This document shows, one piece after another, positions 51,708-59,554 of a DNA stretch of 64,000 nucleotides (its first letter is position 1; every line of letters starts with the position of its first letter). A program made the position numbers and the translations under genes. The stretch spans positions 1,160 to 65,159 of the forward strand of contig JAZDOT010000002.1 in the NCBI GenBank assembly GCA_043798355.1. Direction: 5' to 3'. This stretch comes from Candidatus Peregrinibacteria bacterium (GTDB lineage Bacteria > Patescibacteriota > Gracilibacteria > Peribacterales > Peribacteraceae). The notes beneath the pieces were generated by a model. That model saw nothing but the letters and a program-made list of their open reading frames with translations. It had not been told where the DNA came from and did no database searches.

Positions 51708-52454
51708 ATGTCCAGCGATCATCTCCACATCCTCCGCTCGGTCGGGCTCGATCCCAAAGAGGCGGCCCTGTACCTCGCCGGGCTGGAACTACACTCGGCT
51801 CCGGCGTCGGAGTATGCCAAAGCGGCGGGCATGAACCGCATCACCGCCTACAACACGCTCGAAGGGTTGGCGCGCAGGGGAACGGTGACGGTTACCAAGA
51901 AGGCGAGGGCGAAGTGGTACAGTCCCGTTCTTCCGGAACAGCTGGCGATCGAGGCGCGCAAGAATGCCGATGCTCTTGCGCGGGTCCTTCCGGAACTGCG
52001 GTCGATGCAGGGGGGCGGGGGACGACGGCCGGTCGTGCGGTTCTTCGAGGGGTGGGAGGGGCTCAGGAGCGTCTACGAAGACACGCTGACGGCCAAAAGC
52101 GAACTTCTCAATTTCGCGAATTCCGCGGTGGTGCGTCGCTTCTGGCCCGATTATGACGGGGAATACGTTGTCGAGCGCGTACGAAGGGGGATTTATCTTC
52201 GTGGCATAGCACCGGACGATGAGGCCGGGCGGAAGGTCCATGGTGAAGATCGGAAACGCAAGCGTGAAATCCGGCTTGTTCCAGTCAAAGACTTCGATTT
52301 CGGCAATGAGATCAACATCTACGACCACAAGGTCGCTATCTGCTCGTTCGGGTCTCCCGAAAAGATGTTCGCGGTCATCATTGAGAGTAAGGAGGTCGCC
52401 GAGACGCAGAGGCAAATTTTTGAGATGGCGTGGAGGTTTGCCAAAAGCTTGTAG
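51708..52454 (+). CDS. TrmB-like winged-helix transcriptional regulator (paralog 3 of 3)
   Basis: MSSDHLHILRSVGLDPKEAALYLAGLELHSAPASEYAKAAGMNRITAYNTLEGLARRGTVTV... Confidence 0.75.
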   Translation: MSSDHLHILRSVGLDPKEAALYLAGLELHSAPASEYAKAAGMNRITAYNTLEGLARRGTVTVTKKARAKWYSPVLPEQLAIEARKNADALARVLPELRSMQGGGGRRPVVRFFEGWEGLRSVYEDTLTAKSELLNFANSAVVRRFWPDYDGEYVVERVRRGIYLRGIAPDDEAGRKVHGEDRKRKREIRLVPVKDFDFGNEINIYDHKVAICSFGSPEKMFAVIIESKEVAETQRQIFEMAWRFAKSL

Positions 52455-52481
52455 CTTGTAGCTGGTAGCTGGTAGCTTGGG
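52452..52481. repeat. Heptamer array (TAGCTTG/TAGCTGG x4)
   Basis: tagcttgtagctggtagctggtagcttggg. The first unit is the TrmB-3 stop codon, and the array ends 5 nt before the thyA ATG. Confidence 0.9.
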
Positions 52482-52486
52482 GGTCA

Positions 52487-53305
52487 ATGAGACAGTACCT
52501 CTCTCTTCTCGGCCATGTACTCGAAAACGGAGTAAAAAAGAAGGATCGGACCGGTACGGGCACGCTCTCGGTTTTCGGCGCGCAGATGCGCTTCGATCTC
52601 TCTCAGGGCTTCCCGCTCCTCACGACGAAAAAGCTCCACACGCGGTCCATTTTCCATGAGCTCCTGTGGTTCCTGCGCGGTGAGACGAACACGCGCTCGC
52701 TTGCGGAACAGGGGGTTTCCATCTGGGACGAGTGGGCGGATGCAAACGGGGATCTGGGACCGCTCTACGGCAAACAGTGGCGGGATTTCAACGGGGTCGA
52801 TCAGATTGCCTCAGTGGTCGAACAGATCCGTCTGCGGCCGCACTCGCGTCGAATGGTCGTGTCGGCGTGGAATCCGGCTTCTCTCCCGGATGAATCCGTC
52901 TCTCCGCAGGAGAACGTGCGGCAGGGGCGCATGGCGCTCGCTCCCTGTCATTGCCTCTTTCAGTTCTACGTCGCGGATGGGAAATTGAGTTGTCAGCTCT
53001 ACCAGCGCAGTGCCGACCTCTTCCTCGGTGTTCCCTTCAACATTGCCAGTTACAGCCTTCTCACACACATGATCGCGCAGGTGACAGGACTCTCCGTCGG
53101 GGATTTCGTCCATACGTTCGGGGATCTGCATTTGTACTCGAATCACCTGGATCAGGCCCGCGAGCAACTCTCGCGCACGCCTCGTGCCTTGCCGCAGCTC
53201 CGGCTCAATCCTGCGGTCCGGTCGATCTTCTCTTTCACATTCGCGGATTTTGAAGTCCTGAATTACGATCCGCTGTCGGCGATTAAGGCGCCGATAGCCG
53301 TGTAA
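52487..53305 (+). CDS. thyA: Thymidylate synthase (ThyA type)
   Basis: [46 protein letters not shown]...[11 protein letters not shown]...[12 protein letters not shown]...[18 protein letters not shown]. Confidence 0.93.
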   Translation: MRQYLSLLGHVLENGVKKKDRTGTGTLSVFGAQMRFDLSQGFPLLTTKKLHTRSIFHELLWFLRGETNTRSLAEQGVSIWDEWADANGDLGPLYGKQWRDFNGVDQIASVVEQIRLRPHSRRMVVSAWNPASLPDESVSPQENVRQGRMALAPCHCLFQFYVADGKLSCQLYQRSADLFLGVPFNIASYSLLTHMIAQVTGLSVGDFVHTFGDLHLYSNHLDQAREQLSRTPRALPQLRLNPAVRSIFSFTFADFEVLNYDPLSAIKAPIAV

Positions 53306-53339
53306 GGGATAAGGCTAAGGCTAAGGTTAGGGTTAGGGC
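53306..53339 (+). repeat. Hexamer array (GATAAG/GCTAAG/GTTAGG, TTAGGG-like) directly after the thyA stop
   Basis: gggataaggctaaggctaaggttagggttagggc. Confidence 0.9.
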
Positions 53340-53343
53340 AGGG

Positions 53344-53378
53344 AGAGCTTTGAGCTTTGAGCTTTAAGCTTTAAGCTA
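53344..53378. repeat. Heptamer array (GAGCTTT x3, AAGCTTT, AAGCTAT) ending 5 nt before the folA ATG
   Basis: gagctttgagctttgagctttaagctttaagctat. Confidence 0.9.
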
Positions 53379-53383
53379 TTGGC

Positions 53384-53899
53384 ATGATTGTCTCACTGAT
53401 TGTCGCAGCGTCGGAAAACAACGTCATCGGCCGCGAAAACGATCTCCCGTGGAGCTTGCCGGATGACTTGAAATTCTTCCGGGAAAAGACGCGCGGAGCA
53501 CCCGTGATCATGGGGCGGAAAAATTTCGAATCCATCATCCGGCGCAACGGAAGGGCTCTGCCTGGGAGGACCAACATCGTCGTCACACGACAGGCGGATT
53601 GGAAGCACGAGGGGTGCGTCGCTGTACGTTCCATCGAAGAGGCGATCGAGCGGGCTCGGCAGGAGACGCGTGAGGAGATTTTCATTATCGGTGGAGGGGA
53701 GATCTATCGCCTCGCGATGTCGATTGCCAACCGCATCTATCTCACACGCGTGCATGCCGAGGTACCGGGAGACGTGTTCTTTCCGGAGATTTCCTCTGAC
53801 GAGTGGAAGGAAGTCAGCCGACAAGATCATGCCAAAGACGACCGGCACCCGTACCCGTTCACGTTCCTCACCTACGAGCGGCGCAGGAAGAAGCAGTGA
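53384..53899 (+). CDS. folA: Dihydrofolate reductase
   Basis: MIVSLIVAASENNVIGRENDLPWSLPDDLKFFREKT...VIMGRKNFESI...GRTNIVVTR...IFIIGGGEIY. Confidence 0.9.
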   Translation: MIVSLIVAASENNVIGRENDLPWSLPDDLKFFREKTRGAPVIMGRKNFESIIRRNGRALPGRTNIVVTRQADWKHEGCVAVRSIEEAIERARQETREEIFIIGGGEIYRLAMSIANRIYLTRVHAEVPGDVFFPEISSDEWKEVSRQDHAKDDRHPYPFTFLTYERRRKKQ

Positions 53900-53916
53900 C
53901 GGCCGAAAGAGAGGCA

Positions 53917-56373
53917 TCAGATGTTGTCAGGATCACTCGAGGCCGCAGCCTGCTCCTTCACTCCGAAGAGCCAGAGGTGTCGGCCCAGGCGGGTCGTGAT
54001 GACGCGCTCCACCAGCCAGCGGGTGACGATGATGGCGGTGAACATGGAGATGAGCACGCCCATGCCGAGCGTGATGGCGAAGCCGCGCACGATGGAGGTT
54101 CCGATGATGAAGAGGATGGCGCAGGTCATCAGTGTGGACACGTTGCCGTCCCGGATGCTCGGCCACGCACGTTGGAAGCCGAGTGCCACGGAGGTCTTCA
54201 GGAGCTTGCCTTTGCGCAGCTCCTCCTTTGTTCGTTCGAAGATGAGGATATTCGCATCCACCGCCATGCCGATGGAGAGGAGGATGCCGGCCACGCCCGC
54301 GAGCGTGAGGACGATATACTGGCTGGAGAAGAAGAGGAGGGGGAGCTTCGTGACGGCGATGAGGATGAGGGCATAGACGAAGAGGGCGACGTTCGCGAGA
54401 AGGCCGAGGAGTCGGTAGAGGATCACCATGTACAGGAAGACGAAGACGATGCCGATGAGGGCTGCCCGCGTGGACGTGCGCACGGCCTCGGCGCCGAGAG
54501 TGGGCTCGATCGTCCGTTGCCCCACGAGGTAGATGGGGGCGGGAATCGCTCCGGTATTCAGATCGGTGGCGAGGCGCTGCGCCTCTTCGAAGGTTTGGCT
54601 TCCCGTGATGACGGCGATGCCACCGCTGATCTCGGTCTGCACGGTCGGCGCGGAGACGATTTCCCCTCCGACGAAAATGGCGATGCGCTTAGAGATGTTC
54701 TTCTTCGTGAGTTCCTGGAAGAGCTGGCCCCCCTCCGTATCGAAAGAGATCTGTACAATAGGGAGATTGCTCATCTGATCCGTCGTGACGGCGGCGGCGC
54801 GGAAGTGCTTTCCGTTGAGATCCGTATCCTTCCAGCCGGTTGGCAGGAGCGAGAAGAAGAGGAGGCGGATGAATGTGACTTCTTCCATGCGGACGACCTT
54901 TCCCGATTTCAGGAGCTCTGCCGCCGCGGAGGCATCCGCAGCCGCATTCTTTCCGGTGAATCGGATCTCCTCGACGGTGACGCGGTCAGGGGGAGTCCAC
55001 GGAGCGCGATCGGACCGGATAATGTGGAAACCGAACTGGGTTTCAACCGGATCGCTGATCTGTCCCTGCGGGAGGGAGAACGCCGCATCTTCGAAGGCCG
55101 GAACCATGGTTCCTCTTCCGAAGACGCCGAGGTTGCCACCTTTCTTCGCGGACGGGCCCTCCGAGTACGTGGCCGCGAGCGATTCGAATTTTTCCCCCTT
55201 CAGGAGGCGTGCATGGATATCCTGGGCGAGGGCGAGAGCTTCCTCTTTCGTCCGTTCGGAAGACTTTTCCCCCATGACGGCGCCGGAGAGCGTTCCCTGG
55301 TAGGAGATGAGAATGTGGCTGGCTTCCATCTGCTCCGTGCCTTTCTTGAGTGCCCGCATGGCGATGACCAGCGCGGATCCGTCTGGGAGCGTGACATCTT
55401 TGAACTGCCCTTCCGTCATGGTTCGGAGAGCGACAGTGACCGGAGCGGGGAAAGAATCAACGGAGACATCGGTGGACTTCGAAACGCGAATGTTTTGCTG
55501 CAAAGCGAGCTCGTTGAGCGCCTCGGAGATATCCCCGATGGTCCGGCCGGACTGTGTTTTGGGGCGTATCACCTGTGCGAGGAAAATGCCAGGGATTTCC
55601 TGCATGGAGACCTGCCCGTCCTGTCCCTGTGACGGGAGACGCAAGATCCCCTCCTTCTCCATGACCGTCGGTCCGGGTTTCGTGTTCCAGAGGGGCTCCA
55701 AACCTTCGGGGAGCTGGCCGCGGAAATACGGCCGCTCATCGGAGTAGGCAACCCCCAACTGGCCGCTCATATCCTGGCCCACCGTTGCGAGCGAAGTGCC
55801 GCTCTCCGTAATGCGTTTCAGCGCGGAGTCGGCACGGGCACGGACAGTCGCCTCGTACTCCGCCGTCGGTTCGGTGAACTCTTCCTTGAATTCCAGCTGG
55901 ATGGTTTTTCCGACGGTTGCGATGCAGGTCTGCGTGTCCACGACGCCGGGGCAGTCGACGAGAAGATGTTTCTCGTTGGCGATGAAGGACGGGGTGATGA
56001 CGGCTTCGCTCACGCCCATTGCATTGATACGGCGCTCCAGCACGGTACGGATGGCTTCAACGATGGTGGTCTGCTGTTCCACAGTTGCCATTCGTTGCCC
56101 ACGGAGGGGATCAATCTCATTCGCGCTCTTTCCCTGTGCCTCCAACTCGGCAATCTTCTGGTCGATCTGGGTGATCTGATCCTGCATTTCCACTTCCGAG
56201 ATCCGGAAATCCAGTTGCGTGCCTCCCACAAGATCGAGACCATAGTGAATTTTCGGAGACTGGAGGAAGGACGGCGCCCACTTCCGCGCAGACTGCGGGA
56301 GGGTGATCGTGACGATCAGGAACGCAAGGACGACGGTGACGATAGGCCAGAATTTCGGTCGGTGGGCAGCCAT
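53917..56373 (-). CDS. secD: Protein translocase subunit SecD with an embedded parvulin-type PPIase domain
   Basis: N-terminal TM helix, YGLDLVGGTQL, the P1 region, then IAIFVGGEIVSAPTVQTEISGGIAVITG and five C-terminal TM helices (LAGVAGILLSIGMAVDANILIFER). There is no SecF-like second half and no adjacent secF. Confidence 0.85.
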   Translation of the reverse strand: MAAHRPKFWPIVTVVLAFLIVTITLPQSARKWAPSFLQSPKIHYGLDLVGGTQLDFRISEVEMQDQITQIDQKIAELEAQGKSANEIDPLRGQRMATVEQQTTIVEAIRTVLERRINAMGVSEAVITPSFIANEKHLLVDCPGVVDTQTCIATVGKTIQLEFKEEFTEPTAEYEATVRARADSALKRITESGTSLATVGQDMSGQLGVAYSDERPYFRGQLPEGLEPLWNTKPGPTVMEKEGILRLPSQGQDGQVSMQEIPGIFLAQVIRPKTQSGRTIGDISEALNELALQQNIRVSKSTDVSVDSFPAPVTVALRTMTEGQFKDVTLPDGSALVIAMRALKKGTEQMEASHILISYQGTLSGAVMGEKSSERTKEEALALAQDIHARLLKGEKFESLAATYSEGPSAKKGGNLGVFGRGTMVPAFEDAAFSLPQGQISDPVETQFGFHIIRSDRAPWTPPDRVTVEEIRFTGKNAAADASAAAELLKSGKVVRMEEVTFIRLLFFSLLPTGWKDTDLNGKHFRAAAVTTDQMSNLPIVQISFDTEGGQLFQELTKKNISKRIAIFVGGEIVSAPTVQTEISGGIAVITGSQTFEEAQRLATDLNTGAIPAPIYLVGQRTIEPTLGAEAVRTSTRAALIGIVFVFLYMVILYRLLGLLANVALFVYALILIAVTKLPLLFFSSQYIVLTLAGVAGILLSIGMAVDANILIFERTKEELRKGKLLKTSVALGFQRAWPSIRDGNVSTLMTCAILFIIGTSIVRGFAITLGMGVLISMFTAIIVTRWLVERVITTRLGRHLWLFGVKEQAAASSDPDNI
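55006..55341 (-). other. Parvulin (PpiC/PrsA-type rotamase) domain inserted in the SecD periplasmic region (about aa 345-456)
   Basis: MEASHILISYQG...EEALALAQDIHARLLKGEKFESLAATYSEGPSAKKGGNLGVFGRGTMVPAFEDAAFSLPQGQISDPVETQFGFHIIRSD matches the parvulin consensus (HIL..., GG.LG.F..G.M...F, FG.HII). Confidence 0.75.
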
Positions 56374-56386
56374 AGAGAGCGGATCG

Positions 56387-57046
56387 TTAGCGGGAGCGGA
56401 AGGTGACGTGCGCTCCGGTATTCACGTCGTCGGCGAACGCCTGTGCGAGAGCAAAACTGGGGATGCCTCCGATGACGATATTATCTTTCAGACCTTTCTC
56501 CTGCGCCTGATAGGATGACACCAGTCCGCCGCGCACGAAGAGGCCGATCATGGATCCCTTGTTCTCTTCGAAGGTCTTCTGGAGGAGCTTTTGCCCTTCT
56601 TTGGTGAAGGTGATGGTGACCCTTCCCTTCTGCCCCGGTTCCTCTTCTGCTTGCACCCAGTCCAGCATGGCATCGGTGATGCCGCCGTCCACAAACGACC
56701 CCCGCTGTTCCAGCGTGATCGTGGGGGTTTCCCCCTTCTTTGCCTCACGCATGATGCGGAAATCGAGGGGGGACGAGAGTTGCTGCGTCAGGAGGGCGGC
56801 GGTCTCCGCCTGATTCACACGGAAGGTGAGGCGGACGGTCTCACCGCTCGTGCGGGCAGTGACAACCGGCTTCGCGCCTTCGAGCGTTTCGACTCTCCGT
56901 TCAATGACATGCTGGCTGGCCGTCACGAGGAGCGCCTTGCGTTCCGGGGAATCGGCATGAACGGAGAGCGTCAAGGATACGGGGGTCGTGCGCGTGCAGC
57001 CGATGAGGGCAGCGATGAAGAGGAACGGGAGGATGGAACGTTTCAT
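56387..57046 (-). CDS. Lipoprotein with a SecD-P1-head-like domain
   Basis: MKRSILPFLFIAALIGC is a lipobox. GLFVRGGLVSS...IGGIPSFALAQAFADDVNTGA parallels SecD IAIFVGGEIVSA...ITGSQTFEEAQRLATDLNTGA. It lies immediately upstream of secD. Confidence 0.55.
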   Translation of the reverse strand: MKRSILPFLFIAALIGCTRTTPVSLTLSVHADSPERKALLVTASQHVIERRVETLEGAKPVVTARTSGETVRLTFRVNQAETAALLTQQLSSPLDFRIMREAKKGETPTITLEQRGSFVDGGITDAMLDWVQAEEEPGQKGRVTITFTKEGQKLLQKTFEENKGSMIGLFVRGGLVSSYQAQEKGLKDNIVIGGIPSFALAQAFADDVNTGAHVTFRSR

Positions 57047-57140
57047 GCGGTTTATTGAAAGCGCCGAAAGTGTAGGGAAGATCATGGGAGGGTGCAACGA
57101 CATCGCGCCGGATTTTGAGGTGATTGGTGGTGAATGAAGG

Positions 57141-57185
57141 GCAAAGAGGTGAAAGAGGGCAAAGATGGCAAAGAGGTTAAGGTTC
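57141..57185. repeat. 9-nt tandem array (GGCAAAGAG-type x5)
   Basis: ggcaaagag gtgaaagag ggcaaagat ggcaaagag gttaaggtt. Confidence 0.85.
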
Positions 57186-57230
57186 ACCAGCAGCAGCCGT
57201 TCCCGGCTGCGGTCTTGCGAGAGGCGGTTG

Positions 57231-58184
57231 TTACAATCGCCGCAGAACCGTCCCCGCCCGCAGCATTTTTCCAGTGAGATCGATTCCTTTGAGCGCGCAC
57301 CGGTCGTCGATAACGCAGTGATCGATGACGCAATCTTCGACGGTACATCCCTCGAAGAGGACGGTGTTCCTCAGGGTGCTGTTCTCCACCCTGCAGGCCG
57401 GTCCGATGACGACGCTCCCCTCGGTCTGATTCTGCGTGAAGAGAGAGGACGGATCTCTGAGGATGCGGTCTCCCACGAGAGCTTTCGTGGCTTCGAGGTA
57501 GGAGGCGAAGGATCCGATGTCGAACCACGGTTCTCTGAAGCGGAAACACTCGACGGGGACGGAGCGGCGGATCAGTTCCTCAAAAATGCCGCCGACGTTG
57601 TCAGGATGATGCTTCGCATATGCCACGAGAACAGGAAGGACGGAAGCGGGGAGGAGCGAGCACCCTGTCGAGACGAGCGTCGATTGCGGTTCAGGCGGTT
57701 TCTCTTCGAATGCCGTGATCGTTTTCCCGTCGGGTCCGAGGATCACCGTGCCGAAGGATTTCGCCCGCTCGCGGTCACGGATGTCGTGAGCGGCGAGGAG
57801 CGGAACATCGTGTGCAGCGGCAGCCAGGAAGTCTGAGAGCGAAAAGCCGAAGTAGTTGTCTCCCGTGAGGAGCAGGACATCGTCATGGATACCCGCCCGT
57901 TCGATCCACTGGGACACCGCCCCGAGCGCTCCCAGCTTGTGATCGTCGTGCCGCGTCTCCTCGACGAGGATCTCGACGGGGCGATCGATCGTCTTCGCCC
58001 AGCCGAAGAGCCCCTCTGCGACTGCTGCATTAGTGCTCACCGTGATGGGGATGCCTTCCGGGACACGTTCGACGACAGAACTGAGGATGGGCTTGCCAGC
58101 GAGTGGCAGGAGCGGTTTTGCCCGCGTTTCCGTGAGGGGCCACAGTCTCGTCGCGAAGCCGCCAGCCAGAATGAATGCATGCAT
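57231..58184 (-). CDS. Sugar-1-phosphate nucleotidyltransferase with a C-terminal left-handed beta-helix
   Basis: MHAFILAGGFATRLWPLTETRAKPLLPLAGKPIL is the G.G.RL motif. The C-terminus has hexapeptide-like repeats (VLFEGCTVEDCVIDHCVIDDRCAL). Confidence 0.8.
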   Translation of the reverse strand: MHAFILAGGFATRLWPLTETRAKPLLPLAGKPILSSVVERVPEGIPITVSTNAAVAEGLFGWAKTIDRPVEILVEETRHDDHKLGALGAVSQWIERAGIHDDVLLLTGDNYFGFSLSDFLAAAAHDVPLLAAHDIRDRERAKSFGTVILGPDGKTITAFEEKPPEPQSTLVSTGCSLLPASVLPVLVAYAKHHPDNVGGIFEELIRRSVPVECFRFREPWFDIGSFASYLEATKALVGDRILRDPSSLFTQNQTEGSVVIGPACRVENSTLRNTVLFEGCTVEDCVIDHCVIDDRCALKGIDLTGKMLRAGTVLRRL

Positions 58185-58188
58185 GAGA

Positions 58189-58325
58189 GGACTCCGAAGA
58201 CTCCGAGGAAACCGAAGACTCCGAGGAGCAGCATAACCTTCTTGTCGCTCTGGGCGAAGAAGGAAAAGAACAAATCCTTATCCTCTTCGGCATCTTTGGA
58301 GTCCTCAGCATCCTCGGTTTCTTCC
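58189..58325. repeat. Inverted 9-nt arrays flanking a 53-nt core
   Basis: The left array is ggactccgaagactccgaggaaaccgaagactccgaggag (58189-58227). The right array tcctcttcggcatctttggagtcctcagcatcctcggtttcttcc (58281-58325) is its approximate inverse complement. Together they fill the whole spacer between two minus-strand genes. Confidence 0.8.
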
Positions 58326-59105
58326 CTACTCCGGCCTCACCACAGTCACCGGATACCCTTCGAGCGACTCCACTCTTTCATCGCGCTCGACAATGCCCAA
58401 GACCGAGGGGAGGAGCATGTAGGTGATGCCGCGTTTCCGACAGGCACTCAGGAGATTGATGGATTGCTCCAGATCGCTTGCCTGGATGAGGTGCGTGATC
58501 GCAAAGTGCTCGAGCGTCTCCTCCAGCTTATTTAATTTTCCGATATTGGGAATTCCACCCACCTCGCACTCGCTCCACCCGCGACCATCGAGGATTGCGA
58601 CGGGCTTCAGAGGATTCTTCTTCTTCTGCAGTGCTTCGATGAGCGCGCGCGATTCCCGTGTGACGCCGACAATGAGGGTGGGAAAGGTCGGCGGGTCACG
58701 GCGGAGCATGTGTCGCAGGAAGGATTGGAACAGGAGGTGCCAGATCCATGTTCCGGTTGCCGAGAGGACAAATGCCTCAATGAGGAGCTTCCGGCTGAAG
58801 AGTTCGCTGTAGCGGAAGTAGTACGTGAGGGCGTAGAAGGCCGTGCCCACGAGCGCGGCATAGGCGATGTAGGCGACATTGCGCAGCGTCCTCTGATCGC
58901 GCAGGGGATGGAACGTACGCGTCGTCGCGAGGACGAGGAGCCATAACGGGGAGGCGATCGCGGCCGAAGTGATGTGCGGGAGGAAGGGGAAGTCTGTCGA
59001 GAAGATCCATCCGACCCGGACGACGTACGCGAGAGCGTAGAGGGCGACGAAGAGGAGGAGGTCGGTGACGAGCCAGAGGGTCAGGAGGAGGCGGAAGCGC
59101 TGCAC
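58326..59105 (-). CDS. N-terminal (TM plus Rossmann-like) portion of a WbaP-type polyprenyl glycosylphosphotransferase; catalytic domain absent
   Basis: Four TM helices are followed by TLIVGVTRESRALIEAL...VAILD...IGKL..L...L....I..LI, as in EPS sugar transferases. The ORF stops before any Bac_transf-type catalytic region and is followed by a repeat element. Confidence 0.5.
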   Translation of the reverse strand: MQRFRLLLTLWLVTDLLLFVALYALAYVVRVGWIFSTDFPFLPHITSAAIASPLWLLVLATTRTFHPLRDQRTLRNVAYIAYAALVGTAFYALTYYFRYSELFSRKLLIEAFVLSATGTWIWHLLFQSFLRHMLRRDPPTFPTLIVGVTRESRALIEALQKKKNPLKPVAILDGRGWSECEVGGIPNIGKLNKLEETLEHFAITHLIQASDLEQSINLLSACRKRGITYMLLPSVLGIVERDERVESLEGYPVTVVRPE

Positions 59106-59146
59106 GGGAATAGAGTAGGGGAAAGAGGGAAAATGTGCAGCAAAAA

Positions 59147-59179
59147 GAAGCAGAGGAACGAAGAGGAAACAGAGGAGGA
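59147..59179. repeat. Purine-rich imperfect 9-10-nt repeats
   Basis: agaagcagaggaacgaagaggaaacagaggagg. Confidence 0.6.
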
Positions 59180-59539
59180 TTAGCGCGGTTTGGGTTTACC
59201 TTGCTTTCTTACTCTCCCTTCCCATTTCTGTTCTACCCAACCTAGCGTCCGCATTACTTTCTCTCGCGCAAATATGTGCGGGGCACGAGCAGCAAGAGCA
59301 TTCAATTCTGTTTCTATCTGTTCCGGAGTGGTGCCTGATGAGAATAGTGCCTCCAATGCATTTTCTTGGACTTCCTGACCCAAGCCATTGACCAGTATGC
59401 GTATATCGATGCCTCGCATGAGTGATGCGATCACGTCACCGAAAGATCTCTCGCCTCCACGGGAGCATTCACGTTCCCTAAAGTCAGGTCCGCGATGTGC
59501 CAATGGTTCCCCTGAGAATGGAAAAATTCTTTGGTACAT
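59180..59539 (-). CDS. Hypothetical protein
   Basis: 119-aa ORF in a visibly AT-richer patch. No family recognised. Confidence 0.4.
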   Translation of the reverse strand: MYQRIFPFSGEPLAHRGPDFRERECSRGGERSFGDVIASLMRGIDIRILVNGLGQEVQENALEALFSSGTTPEQIETELNALAARAPHIFAREKVMRTLGWVEQKWEGRVRKQGKPKPR

Positions 59540-59554
59540 GAGGAGGGTGAACTA

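Noticed and set aside
34762-53378. Tandem arrays as CRISPR arrays.
   Set aside because: The units are 6-9 nt with no spacers, and no cas genes are present. CRISPR repeats are 20 nt or longer and are separated by unique spacers.
53917-56373. Concluding that SecF is absent from the organism.
   Set aside because: Only this window is visible, and secF may be encoded elsewhere. I noted only that it is neither fused nor adjacent.
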